Notes: generated by a model not told the origin, from the letters alone. DNA of 61,146 bases, filler included, from Hausera hauseri (GCA_046269625.1; 9 parts of 9 records of this genome joined end to end with filler, not necessarily neighbours in it); one strand, 5' to 3'. Counted from the first letter of the whole stretch, positions 9,101-18,059 are shown. Numbers and translations: made by a program.

Positions 9101-10701
9101 ATATTAACGACTATTTGTCAAGCATCATTGACCTGCTGAAAACTGTCGCAGGAGTAAGTGTGGACGAAGATGAAGAAAGTCTTGAGTCGGTTTTAACTTA
9201 TTTATTGAAGAGGTATAAGGAGCTCGAACAGTTATATTTAACCTCACTAAAAATTCAGACTGCAGACTCAGGAACTGGAAGCAATTCCGAACTTATAGAA
9301 AAATTTGCGGAAACATATAAGATCTCCCAAGATGAACTGTTACAACAGTGTGGAATGTTGAATACAATTGCTTCTTCAAAATCTCTAAAAGATCAAACGG
9401 AAAAATTAATATCAAGCAACTTGGTCAATTTTTCCGAAATTATCAAAAAGCAACAATTTCAACTGTCTGTTCTTAACTTGGTGTCGGAGAATTTACAGAA
9501 AATCGATACTGAATTCGGCGAAGACATGTATCCAATAAAATCAGTATCTTTATTGTCTCCATACAAAAGTATTTGGAAAATGGAAAATATTTGTGAAATG
9601 GTTCAACCAGAACCCCAAACAATAACAAATGTTTCGCCGAAACCATCAACAAAATCAACATCGAAAAAATTTGCCCCAAAGTCTGATGGTAGTTTACTTT
9701 GTCAAAACGAGTCTGTCAACAGGAAACTTTCTACCTCAAACACAAGTTACATATTTGATCAGGATGAAAAATCGACTAAAGAACTGTCGCAAGTATCATC
9801 GAGAAATTCATTCTCCTTTCAACCACAAAAGTCTAGAGCTAGTACAGAAAAACAAGTCTCTCTTTCTGTCAAGACACCCAAGCATAGCTTGGTTAAAAAT
9901 GTCAGTCTTATGAGTAAGAAGACATCTGAAGAAAACGTCCAACCTACTAGTAAAATTGCGAAGCCCCAAAAGGCCATTGAGTCAGTAGAAGGAAGGAAAT
10001 CTTATCATTTTCAAGATAAGAAAATCGATTCGAAAATCGTTCATGAAAATTGTGGTCCTCTAAGCACAGTTATATCTTTAGACAACATTTCCGAAGATGC
10101 TTTGAGTCCACAAATTTCTCAACCGGAAAAGCAGCTATATCAATTAGATAGACCAAAAGACGATGTTCATGACTACAATCAAAAGTTAGCGGATATGCTT
10201 CAGTTGTATGCAGCTGAGCTTGATTATTTGAATGACAAAAATCACTTGAATACGGTGATTATCAATAGTATGCTTAATCAAACTCAACGTAAAGAAAACT
10301 CTAATTTAATGGACGATTTAAATGCAAAACTAATTGAAAAGGCAAAAAGCTTAAGGCAGTTACAATGCGATCTTCAGACGAAATCAAATATGTCGGACAT
10401 GGAAAATATCCTCATCGATAAAATTCTTGCTTCAAAATCCTGCGTGACCTATGTAAAACCGTTTAAGGAATGGATGAATGTTGTTGATATGCAGAAACAT
10501 CAAAATGTTGAGAATGATAGACGGTTCAGTGAAAAAGCAGCAAGACCAGGGTCCATTAACCTAACTCGCCACGTCATAGAAACAAATTCAGAAAGTGGTC
10601 GACAACAGAGACAATCAAAAATACCCTTGTTGCGAAGTTCCAATATTGATTCTCCTCATCAAAGTGTTAGTGATAGATTTTATTTGAATAATACGAATTA
10701 A
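1..10701 (+). CDS. Giant coiled-coil / low-complexity repeat protein (>3566 aa, 5'-truncated, single uninterrupted reading frame)
   Basis: Frame 1 is open from base 1 (GAT CGT CAT AAT GAA ATG) to TAA at 10699-10701. The first half has heptad-like E/K/L/Q-rich sequence, the middle has S/K/D-rich tandem repeats, and there is a short coiled coil near the C-terminus. No enzymatic motif recognised. Confidence 0.9.
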   Translation, partial: DRHNEMGSLLDENRNLLDRIQKLEIENRNFQTTLADRHNEMGSLLDENRNLLDRIQKLEIDVRRLTDEIRNLNEKNQDLEKKLMQAKDDNFKLRESLNEAESKLRSRKQVKPSAKPSKFVQDDFYEQLKSQNEKFLKSLSMFEKEMEEELDSFIDVQTRGTVSEICQEWKDENAYLSDQVKQLQEKMSTENELAKAKSVVGLSQNDSLEVQLSILKNQIDDMKRKCAENHVDKIQYQDCLKRDKFKKEEIDRLEAIIFSLKSDLDQKASNLKSVESRVSSEPDTPNSQMSKKLTRAPIKFISDIGPKKSTESLEKFESTIKDPDKEDNSSISVNPVIDNLEKRVGSLSTQLSERNDLIQTLQKLLSEKDQVIRNATDIIKQDSELLLKTSRSHSFDNFPLSRLTSNLTNDSIDRHSAEMLNSKPIRSRLSSDTNLATLNQIPSKVLFGTSGVDFDITKSLADRDETIQSLKLDLNLKSDRLISLMKENKELSSKYEIESQKSNRTEQNLILKEQVLEQILKEKEQIRLACSNELQEKSDKLSEKIKTISLLDSELHRLSSQVEFLNIELRAIKAKDSLLDQQFDKDSFDALQRENDALRLMIDLKLAENETLKNELVSMQVNYKKLSNDFDAYKIDVIVTQTDKTIQTDIPDSSARKETEIIESLNLVLDIDVQEPKRVTIKTPSVQEHKIKLSTRNHASQTTMIEKSNAEMLTSQMNITQMGSLKKIVDNFTQVPIEFDRVNKIDQGIQTDDMKKVKTSQVNIFTAVEMREEAISNENRKLQNEINQLKSIIEILKENENKLKDTNMEELLEKDRQFMALESDCHLLMSKLQQYTDLENQLDSLLKQKEIEFNDLQTELSNWKEKSNAFEKKATDFEYQIMASDKTLNEKNSQCEHLKQNLDNMKMQIQRLEDQFEVYKNKQEKGSSVENKLNSALKQKETELDDLNTELCAWKDKCRKYEHQIDELKSEDRATQQLLQNRSSQCERLKESLDQTKDQIKQLEFNWESCKSEWLEKLGSLQMTNEQLENEYMQLLKKYETSDEHKNCLEEELENVKRNYMKLDREYRKLTSEYLDMEADIVFRDTEAGRLQSDIEKLKTSNMELTTQVESLTMDLVNAHSKICELSLKCCTSKVESKVYHWKPRHSASSSGRRYCSNPNLNNIHNSCLDIFDIYQIDYDDLKKRYDGICSQVGNLISQLKTKDRQISEIRIEYQDNIRKLSNFEQLKFDHSELEIKHKRLQKDYDNLTQQFRCHDLELQQKINCKDEEIEQLKLAQDEMEKDCQICGEHLKELQQQVDMSHSDVCKLQENYLGNIDSYADLEREYNQLKCLYNNSLIELEQCADLNQEICDKDKQIKELMMCNENLERQVSDFHERTSFQNRTIDELRQKVINVERYYDGEIVQCRENIERLKSSELGRSANCCRELREKVDFIRNLEMKIDDLKLKYRAQSKEFDDLSSEYSNYLLKFDGLNRELQIQCKLNDELSSQLRDNNCLIDAANRDKCHLKMELENKNSKIRELMKTVERLNHSLKEKDVELKTNESQLKINEDKLTSNNRESANLLKRIEELNVEYERSQSERALALDKLDKEMNNYIDELKRKSDDQMRCHKDQCTELTNENTELKRVIQANDKLICSLQAKISELCKDIEMLKQAVNERTKLSVCQDQEISDYRKDNTKLCRLLNDKDQNISDQNQQLLTYSTENKRLNDIIDQKDRAILSHEKNYRNIVRELQILGEENNKLKNKIEEILSKYHDLCQFIEEDSRPGFSPNESRELILDDNAGLKQDDQSHILSSITPVSDIQVLDNTLVIDGDEKDRKIRLSEPVFSTTKSVTWKTTHADEEGKDSAGITSLEKAIDDYENILETFELPNEVVRTDKLFSLLRKETPDTHISDFKLNYTESIEVSISSSETFNKDDAPSKGSSKSSGNSIELEFQKPESSSPSVSDKEMNISKSKSKTSSSNIPLEIELVRSKSESSAEYHMSSNISISNPPTENKWSENVTPNKLDRTLNVKFNLDDVGSSKLNLPFDQPDAEFGIDKKKSIVKKSKSSEDVKIESKSKTDSEEKDVRPVAQERRSQSLDNKISVKSSERKDAPFRTIDARSSMGYQIIDTTPPIVKGKNFPHIPLSRKSLESNQISSAQRKDEYDIRLSRKSSISHQIPSSKSSDTLKRKDLSDIPLSRKVSENNQILSPKKSDSSKRNDASNIPLNSKSSDYNEIPSPMKSDSSKRKDLSDIPLSAKGSDYHEIPSPMKSDSSKRKDLSDIPLSAKGSDENQIPSLIKSDTSILKDIFEMLSSGKVSDTNQLLSLLKSEMSKRKDASEILFSGKDSENYLIPSSKMSDKSRKQNSSDVPLSAKRSMNSKRLDDALDIVVSGKGSNDDQIPSLRQPDSLKRKDDSKSPLIEKDPDNDPITSSWRLDSSERKDASQILSSGRGSDNVKATNIRKPHTLKRKDTPDIPLVDNGPEDDPRTSSWRSVSSKRKDAPQIRMNEKDSDHVEISHFKKPHVLKRKNTPDVPLDEDISDDDKITNVKKPHALKRKDTPDIPLNEDISDDDKITNVKKPHALKRKDTPDIPLIEDSLENDQRSSYLRLESSKKIHVAPISLSIKGSDNHQGSRPIQLDSSKSKGASKILSSGKRSDDEEVASLKRPRALKRQNTPDIPLDENDTDDQIKSSGVPSALKRNETLEIRSSRKSLRIDRKISNSSTTIYENLSTKPSVTESKLQSLIVEKSESISSSSYESNSEERLSQLSVQKISKLSSSSHHESHIKEKDISKLSEQKRSKSVSSLSYDGPKDDKHDERRRSQFTEKTRCQRVSSSKYEGLCAKLNEKERSQLLEKRRSKSVSFSSHEGHSDKPYETGRPQVLEQIKSKSASVPNSEGHKSGPYEEGRRSQLSEKTRSRSVSSSSHEGHDSKSYSTEKSMPKKSKGGYENDIPVVPMKDSQIPSEEKPRGMPLCFKDDNTRSQRGQSTRAVNAPAALDKTNRTIHSNGKQSVKKSSTSMEKKGIDRKTLGTVFYSPYSTNDENVRKNTNINDYLSSIIDLLKTVAGVSVDEDEESLESVLTYLLKRYKELEQLYLTSLKIQTADSGTGSNSELIEKFAETYKISQDELLQQCGMLNTIASSKSLKDQTEKLISSNLVNFSEIIKKQQFQLSVLNLVSENLQKIDTEFGEDMYPIKSVSLLSPYKSIWKMENICEMVQPEPQTITNVSPKPSTKSTSKKFAPKSDGSLLCQNESVNRKLSTSNTSYIFDQDEKSTKELSQVSSRNSFSFQPQKSRASTEKQVSLSVKTPKHSLVKNVSLMSKKTSEENVQPTSKIAKPQKAIESVEGRKSYHFQDKKIDSKIVHENCGPLSTVISLDNISEDALSPQISQPEKQLYQLDRPKDDVHDYNQKLADMLQLYAAELDYLNDKNHLNTVIINSMLNQTQRKENSNLMDDLNAKLIEKAKSLRQLQCDLQTKSNMSDMENILIDKILASKSCVTYVKPFKEWMNVVDMQKHQNVENDRRFSEKAARPGSINLTRHVIETNSESGRQQRQSKIPLLRSSNIDSPHQSVSDRFYLNNTN
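6361..8100 (+). repeat. 87-bp (29-aa) coding tandem repeat array, about 20 degenerate units
   Basis: Units such as IPSPMKSDSSKRKDLSDIPLSAKGSDYHE (6661 and 6748) and KKPHALKRKDTPDIPLNEDISDDDKITNV repeat with a 29-aa period. Confidence 0.9.
8200..8760 (+). repeat. Second coding repeat of about 29-30 aa (RSQLSEKTRSRSVSSSSHEGH-type), about 6 units
   Basis: Recurrent RSQ(L/F)xEKxRSKSVSxxS(H/Y)EG pattern in the translation. Confidence 0.75.
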
Positions 10702-10736
10702 GTCTGAATATGGGTTTGTAATTTAATTCATCTCCA

Positions 10737-10742
10737 AATAAA
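10737..10742 (+). promoter_or_regulatory. Candidate polyadenylation signal AATAAA
   Basis: AATAAA lies 35 nt after the stop codon of the giant ORF. The AT-rich background makes chance occurrence possible. Confidence 0.45.
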
Positions 10743-10907
10743 ATCTCTCTTTCAATAACAGTGAAACCCTACAAGGTAATTTACCAAGTTTCTGACGCCA
10801 AATTTAAAAAAAAAAACATTTGTCCCAAGATTTATAATATTTAAATTCCTTTATTAATATTTAAACCTTTTCCCAGTCAAAATAGACAAACATACATTCA
10901 AGACAAT

Positions 10908-11007
10908 NNNNNNNNNNNNNNNNNNNNNNNNNNNNNNNNNNNNNNNNNNNNTTAATTAATTAANNNNNNNNNNNNNNNNNNNNNNNNNNNNNNNNNNNNN
11001 NNNNNNN
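10908..11007. other. Artificial contig linker (44 N + TTAATTAATTAA + 44 N)
   Basis: Identical 100-nt spacer with stops in all six frames. It also occurs at 16698-16797, 24067-24166, 30745-30844, 38982-39081, 43487-43586, 51478-51577 and 56701-56800. Confidence 0.99.
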
Positions 11008-11307
11008 GTAAATAATTTTCAACCAATTTCCTGATTCAATCAGTGATTATAAATAGATTTATAATTGCTAGAGTTCTGTATTTGGTACTAAATATTCGTT
11101 TTCCAGTCGAACTTATATCAGTAATAAAAACGATCAAATTAAAGCTTAATGGATGATAAAGGATCTTTGTGATTCTATAATTTGTCATTAATGCAGCATA
11201 TTTTTAATGATTTGGTTTGGTATTTTGCTTATTTTTTTATACAAAACAACCCAAAACTAAAATGACATTATTGCAACTATTCGTTCAATTAAAAATTAAA
11301 CAGTTTA

Positions 11308-12280
11308 TTAATATTTTGTCTATCCAGCCTTGCCTTAGTGACTGATTTGATCCTACGTGGCATGCAGCTGATCATATTCTGAACTGTGGCGGGTGAGATT
11401 TCATTCTACATGTTCTGTAGATGGACCCATAGTGCATCCTTATTACTAGGATTGGCTCGCTGCAATTTTTTAAACATTATTTCCTATAAGTGTTTTATGT
11501 GGTTGAGGCCTAGACTCTGGGCTAGCCAGTTAGTATACGGACACCATGATCCTTGAGATATGCACTCACAAATCTTGCATTATGACACGGCGAGTTGTCC
11601 TGTTGGAACAGAAACTCTTCCCCAGTGTCAAAAAGTAAATTGGCTGACGTCACCATGCAGTTCTTGATAATCCTGACATACTAGTGCTGATTCAACTGGC
11701 CAACCCCAGTCCAGAATATGCAACCCCAAACCATAATAAAACCTCCCCAATGCTTAATTGTAGGATTAAATCACTGTTGGATGAATTTCGCACCAGGCTT
11801 TCTTACACAGAACACCTGGAATGAACTCTCTTCACTCCATAGTACCCGTTTCAACTGTTCAACATCCCAGGCTTCATGTTGCCGCGCAAAGTCCAAGCGG
11901 GCTTTCTTATGTGCAACGGTGAAAAGTGGTTTCTTTACCGCCAAGCCTTCTCTGAGACCAGCTTTCAAGAATTTCTTGACTGCTTGCAGAGACTTTTACT
12001 GCCGACTGTTGGAGCTGCTTGTTGAGGTCGGATGATGTCAGTCGACGATTCTTCAAATTCATCCGTACTAAACTTCGATCCCGTCTGATTGCCGTTTTTT
12101 GGCCGCCCTTGCGTTGGTAGATCACGCACTAAGTTGGTTGCTGCATGCTTCTCTAATATTATTCACCGTCATTAAGTTGATTGTCCTCGCCTTGGTTACT
12201 CCTGATATGAATACCCTTTCTGTACCTTCGTCAACACCATGCATCTCTGTTCCATCGTCAACTTTCTATACGAAGCCATG
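11308..12280 (-). mobile_element. Tc1-like DNA transposon relic (decayed transposase)
   Basis: HTH region RRDRSLVRMNLKNRRLTSSDL; KKPLFTVAHKKARLDFARQH..W..VLWSEES; WGCIFW; FQQDNSPCH; C-terminal KAG.TKY*. Multiple stops and frameshifts. Confidence 0.9.
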
Positions 12281-14401
12281 TTTAAAAAATAATTTTAAAA
12301 TAATAAAAAATTATAATAAAGGAAAAATACTCTAGTATTTAAAATGCACTAGAATATTAAATACGCAACAAATCATGTTATTCGAACTTCAATTGTTACT
12401 ACATATTAAAATTTTGGGTAAGTTTTGACCAAAAATTCATAAAGGTCATCACATGGATTATAAAGCATCAATATACCATCCTTTCAATATAAATTTATCA
12501 ACAAAGTAAAAGTTGACATACCTTTTGATATCCGAATATTGATAATCTACCAGTCACCACAAGAAAATCGGATTAAATCAGATAAAACTGATAAAATAAC
12601 GTAAAATTTGTTTATAAACAATGTCAGTTGCTGCAGCAAGAATTGCAAAATGAAATTAAGTGGTATTCGCCAGATGGCAGCACACTAGTGTTTTTTAACA
12701 TTTAGTAATTTGTAAAAGTATTTGATTCATCAAACCGTTATTTAAGTTGAAGTGATCCGTCAGTTCAACATCTGATGATAAAATGTTTACATTAACCAGT
12801 GAATTTTGTCGCTATGTGCATGATTGTCGGAAATTTTAATGAAAAAATTTAATTCTGTTTTCTCTCTATCGTCTAGAACGTCTTTGACACAACAAAGTTT
12901 TCTTCCAAATTTGAACCCAAAGCAAAACACCTGATGAGCTGTGATGACATTTCGTATCAAATGTGTACCTTGAAAACATCACAGGTAATGTTAATCAATT
13001 AATATAGTAAAACAAATACAGATTTTTGACAGTTCATATTCGTGATGAAAATTTAGCTATAATTACAGATAGATTTTAACAGAAGTAAGAAGATAGCTTC
13101 CTTTTTCAAATCTGGTTTGAAAAGTCTTCTCTCGGAGTCGTTTGATTATCATTATTATTCTTCTGATTGTAGATTTTGTACTAATAATTTCATTTCATGT
13201 TCACCAGCAACTGCTAAATCTAGGAATCATATTGACATTTACTTCAGAGGTTGAAATCTCGTATAAATTTATCATTTCTCAATCTTAAAATCAATTCTTT
13301 CTCCAGTGATCAATACTATTCTTGATTTCGTCTTTGTTTTAGGACCGAATTCAGAATTCATATAATTTCATCGAATGGTATCAAATAAATCATGTCAACT
13401 GTATTTCTTGTATTGAAAAACTTCATTGATAAAATATAGCCAAATAATATTCTATTCAATCGGAATAACTTCAGCACTGTAAGGTGAATTCATTTTTATC
13501 CAGATCATTTATTAGTCAAATTATTTATTTCAATACAAAACTTCACATTATTACGAAAGGCGTCCGTCGATTACATATGCATATTACTTTGTTGTTCACT
13601 TTGAATTTGTGATTCTTCTCAGTTCTTCTCAGGTCTATTCATTTCAATAGTCGTAAAAATCTAAGTGGGAATATTCGGTTTCCAATGGTTGAGTGACTGT
13701 AAACTGTATCGAAGTTTCTTTCAAACCGTACAATTTAGAAATTTCCTTGGCACAATTGTGTTTAATGTACTAAAGAAATGTACAATTTAACGGTACTAAG
13801 ATATACTCGTAACCGTATTACGCCTAGGGTAAAATTGTAAAAATTTTCAAACACTGAATTAGTCAGCTGTTATAATGTTGAAGATTAATCCGTTAGTTGT
13901 TACTGACAATGAGCCGTATGCATATGTATGTATTTTTGCCTAGGATTAATTTTGGAATTTCCAAAATTGCAACTATCATATTTTCTTTCCATTTCTGAAA
14001 TTAGTATGCAGCTTCGATTGACATATTTTCTAAAATAAAGTATGTAGATTAGTAAGTGCGTTTTGGACTTTTCACATTATTATTCATTCTGTTCATTTGA
14101 TTTTCTCCAAATTATTCATTCCGTATTCTAGGTTTTCCAAAACTAAATTAATCATTTCTATGCTGTTTATTTTCTCCAGTGAACAAACGCAATTCTGTCA
14201 AATCTGTATCTGTAGTATAATTATATGTAATCGATTTATAATCAATTATTAAGCTATAAGTGGATAACAATATTCATACAAAGTGCAGGCTAGTGATTAC
14301 ACCCAGCAGAGGGGTTTAACAATATAAGACAAGGCATAATGTCGCAAGTCAAAATATTTCTTAATACCATTGTATTGTCAAACATTGTCTAAATTGAAAA
14401 T

Positions 14402-15560
14402 TTAGTCAATAGGGTTGTTCAGCAGCTCTGCAACCTTCTTGCCCTCCTCTTCGGCTACAAGGCGATCCTCAGCAGCTTGCTCAGCAGCAAGGGCTCGAAA
14501 ATCAACGTCCTAAAATAAAATTAAGATAATAAAATAAAACAAAACAAATTACCAGTCATCAAACTTGTATACTAAACATCTTCACAGCACCGACTTTTTT
14601 GCCTCTCGTCCATACGAGAATGCCAAAATAACCGTTCCTGGTTATAAGTAAATATAAACGGAACGGAGCCCGGAACTTTAACTCATTTGTATAGGCCCCT
14701 GATGGACCTATATTCACCGTCCTGCGAATGCAATATTGCCAGAAATTGGTCAGGACTAACATCATAGTACCCGACGTCATCTATTATCTAAGGGAAACAA
14801 AAAATTTAAAAGCAAAAGAAAAACTTACAAGGACATTATTGATCGTCTCAACTGTTCGGGGTATCATGATTCAAATGAATTACAAATGGGTACTTCCCAT
14901 GACTTTTAGCATAGGCCGATTTACCTATGCCTGCACACCCGAACAGAATCGCTGTATTCCGGTTCGATGCAATGTCAAACGGAATTTAAAATCCGGATGG
15001 CTTTTAATCTTCACGAATTTACCGTTAAGGAAATTACGTAACTGAATTTTGTATTACTAATTCCTGCCGGTCCGCTTCGCATATCACATTCATGGCAGCA
15101 ACAGGCGTATCGGCGTCGGTAAAGTCTCTGTACATTGACGTTTTCGATGTTTTGTCCCTGTAGGGATCGATTGGACACGTCTCCCACTGGAAAATCTTGG
15201 CTGACGGAAAATTTTTTGAAATGATATCTACAAGTAAATGAAGCAAAAAGGAAAAATAAATGACCTGTAAATTTCATACACGTCCTTCTTGAAGGCAGGG
15301 CATAATACAATCGTGTAAAATTACGTCGCACAACATGCAATCGTGTCGGCGTATTAAAATGCAGGAGGATGTGAAAATGTTTAAATCCTCTGAGAGAAAC
15401 TTCCTCCTGCAATCTGCAATAACTTGTTCGGTTTATAATGACCTCGATATTCTCAAAAGCCTACGAATATTAATTTATCAATCATAAAAATGTCATACTA
15501 ATCGCGTGGACTCCGAATATGAACGTCCATGACACCCATATAATGTCTAAATGACTCCTG
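14402..15560 (-). pseudogene. rep: CRESS-DNA-virus-like Rep (HUH endonuclease + SF3 helicase), spliced, decayed
   Basis: Motif II KHFHILL (HFH at 15371-15379). Motif III-like IYRYHFKK across intron 15228-15264. Walker A GCAGIGKS at 14917-14940. Walker B NVL|IIDD joined across intron 14788-14828. RSIRGLYK.VKVP.SVPFIFTYN gives motif C. Last exon DVDFRALAAEQ...NNPID*. Four GT-AG introns; several frameshifts and stops. Confidence 0.85.
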
Positions 15561-16697
15561 CTTGCCAGGAAGGGTCATTTTACGAATATTAGTCGTTAAT
15601 TTGGTTTGAAGAGCATCCAAATGCTCAGAATCTGAAGATGCGTCAAACCATACCGCAGCTGGCGCAGGCATTGCTGACTGCACGATTTCTGAATTTCCTG
15701 GATTTATACCGGGGACCGCCGGTAATTCGCGCAATTACTTTTTTTTGCAGTGGTGTGTCGCAAGCCGATTTCAGTATTTCCGCAAAGGATTTACGATTTG
15801 GGAAGGAAGATTTGGAAAATTCTTGTGGAGTGTCCGTTAACGATGACTGAAGTTGAGCTGCTCTCAGAAGATCCTTGGCTACTTGAGGACGAGATGGTCA
15901 GGATGTCAGCATCTGTACTGTCGTGTATCCTAATAATCGGTTTCGAGTAAGTGGTGACATGGTTGTCTACTTTAGAAATATGTGCGACCAGTGTCCTGGG
16001 TGGGGCATTAATTGTTGCAATATTAAATTCTATTTTGTGGCTCTTTACTTTAGGTGTGGTTACCGTTTATTTATCTATATATTTGAGGTCATGTTTTGTA
16101 GGTTTTGGTTTTAGGTTGGGTATAGGTCCTACGGCTTGAGTGTCGACCTGAAGACATTCTTTATTAGGTTTCAAACGTAGAAGGTTGCTTGAATCATTAT
16201 CGGGAAATTTTTCCACTTTAAACGACTTTAGGAGTTCAGGCAGAGACGCTTCGGAAGAGGTGGTTGCATCAGATAGTAATTTTAGGAAGTTGAGGATGCT
16301 CCTACTATCTAGAAAATAGATAATTTTGTACTTATCTGTGGCACTGTTATACTTCCCTAAGAACCTATTCAGGAAGTCAGAAGCCCTCAGCTTCAGCCTG
16401 TTATTTTTAAAGTACACCGATTTATTTACATAGGTGCTATTGCCTTTGTTAAAGAAGTATCGAAGGGCTTTAGCAGTGGGTATATAAGTAGAGAGTGCAC
16501 AGTGGGTTGATACAAGTGCATCATCCAATGGCCAAGTAAAGCGCGAGTTAGGTGTGGTCATCGGTATAGATATCTGCTGTGGCGTAGCTGCGGTCATGTT
16601 GTCAATTGGAGTAGGTTTTAGTTGAGGTAAGGCTGCTTTACTTGGTTGCGATTTTTCGGAGAGTGGGTTGGTCGGATTTAGGCTGTTTCTATAGGTG
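15561..16697 (-). pseudogene. Unknown coding region upstream of and co-oriented with Rep (possible N-terminal extension)
   Basis: ORF 16067-16597 is open to the contig edge at 16697. It is followed by S/T/P-rich coding-like sequence and by ORF 15498-15734, which leads into the first Rep exon. Confidence 0.5.
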
Positions 16698-16797
16698 NNN
16701 NNNNNNNNNNNNNNNNNNNNNNNNNNNNNNNNNNNNNNNNNTTAATTAATTAANNNNNNNNNNNNNNNNNNNNNNNNNNNNNNNNNNNNNNNNNNNN

Positions 16798-17598
16798 TGA
16801 CAGCACGGCTGTCTTGTGGGGTACCCCAAGGTTCAGTTTTGGGCCCAATCCTCTTTTTATTGTATTTACGCCCTTTAGGTTTCATTTTGAAACGTTACAG
16901 TAATGTGTCCTACATCTGTATGCTGATGACATTCAGCTATACTGTTCTTTTCGAGCCTCCGAGTTCCATAAATTGATTGAACTCAGAAACTGTCTGTTAG
17001 AGATCAAAACACGGCTGAGTGACAACTACCTGCAGTTAAATGCAAACAAAACTGCCCCTGATGACAAAATTCCAGTTATTAGGCAGTATCTTACGTTTTT
17101 AAATCCTTCGGTAAATAATAATCTCAGAAATTTGGGTGCTGTCTTGGATAGTTCTTTATCTTTGAACAGTCATTGTAAATTGTTAGTTCGAAATTGTTTT
17201 ACCACTTAAGAAACATTTCTAAACTACGATGTATCACAGAAGGAACTGATTGTTATGCTTTTATTTTGTCTCTGTTAGATTACTGTAACAGCCTTTTAAT
17301 GGGTCTGAATAAATCTTCCTTTGCTTGCCTTCAGTCTGTGCAGAATGCTGCTGCAAGGCTGCTAACTAGAACCCACAGAAGAGCCCACATAACTCCTGTT
17401 CTGGCCTCTCTGCATTGGCTCCCTGTGCATTTCAGGAGACATTTTAAAACGTTGGTCCTAACTTTCAGGGCACTTCATGGTCAGGCTCCCAAATATTTAC
17501 TGGACCTTTTGAAGCCTCTCTGTCCCATCAGGACTTTGAGATCTTCAAATCAAATGTTGCTGATGGTACCAAGAACTTACTTTAAAACACATGGAGAC
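16798..17598 (+). mobile_element. L2/CR1-clade LINE reverse transcriptase fragment (teleost-like)
   Basis: [67 protein letters not shown]. Frameshifted and cut by the hAT end at 17599. Confidence 0.93.
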
Positions 17599-18059
17599 CA
17601 GCGGCGGCTCGTGAAATGTCCACCAGGGGGGGCGCTTTCTCAAAAATAAAAATAAAAACGTTCCAAGTTCAAATCGTGTTTATTTATCAAATGCAGATTA
17701 ACACAAGGTCAACAGTACAATTAAATGCTCAGGATGAGAAGAACTAATTTGACTCACTAAAACAACAAAGAACAAACAACAAAATACTAAAGTATGCAAT
17801 AAAGGTACAAAAATTAAGTACCAACAAATGAAAAAGTAATTATATTTACAAGGTCCTAAAGACATAGTAAACAACAACATGGTAGAATTTCAACGGTATT
17901 TCAAGTATTTCAAGGTTGTAATATAAGCTAAATATATATATACTGTATATTGCACATAATTACTGTCACAAGCTAATATTAGCCATATTAGTTGCCACAG
18001 ATGTGGCTTGGTGCAAAGTTATTGCCAGTTGTTCAGTGTTATTTATTGAGAGTCCAGTA

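Noticed and set aside
795-9913. Short antisense or alternative-frame ORFs overlapping the giant ORF
   Set aside because: Shadow ORFs of a long coding sequence; no motifs.
10952-10963. Recurrent TTAATTAATTAA palindrome as a biological repeat or CRISPR-like spacer
   Set aside because: Always centred in 44+44 N; an artificial six-frame-stop linker.
13000-13790. Coding-like minus-strand stretch downstream of Rep as a possible capsid or second helicase gene
   Set aside because: Many stops in all frames and no recognisable motif; cannot be supported.
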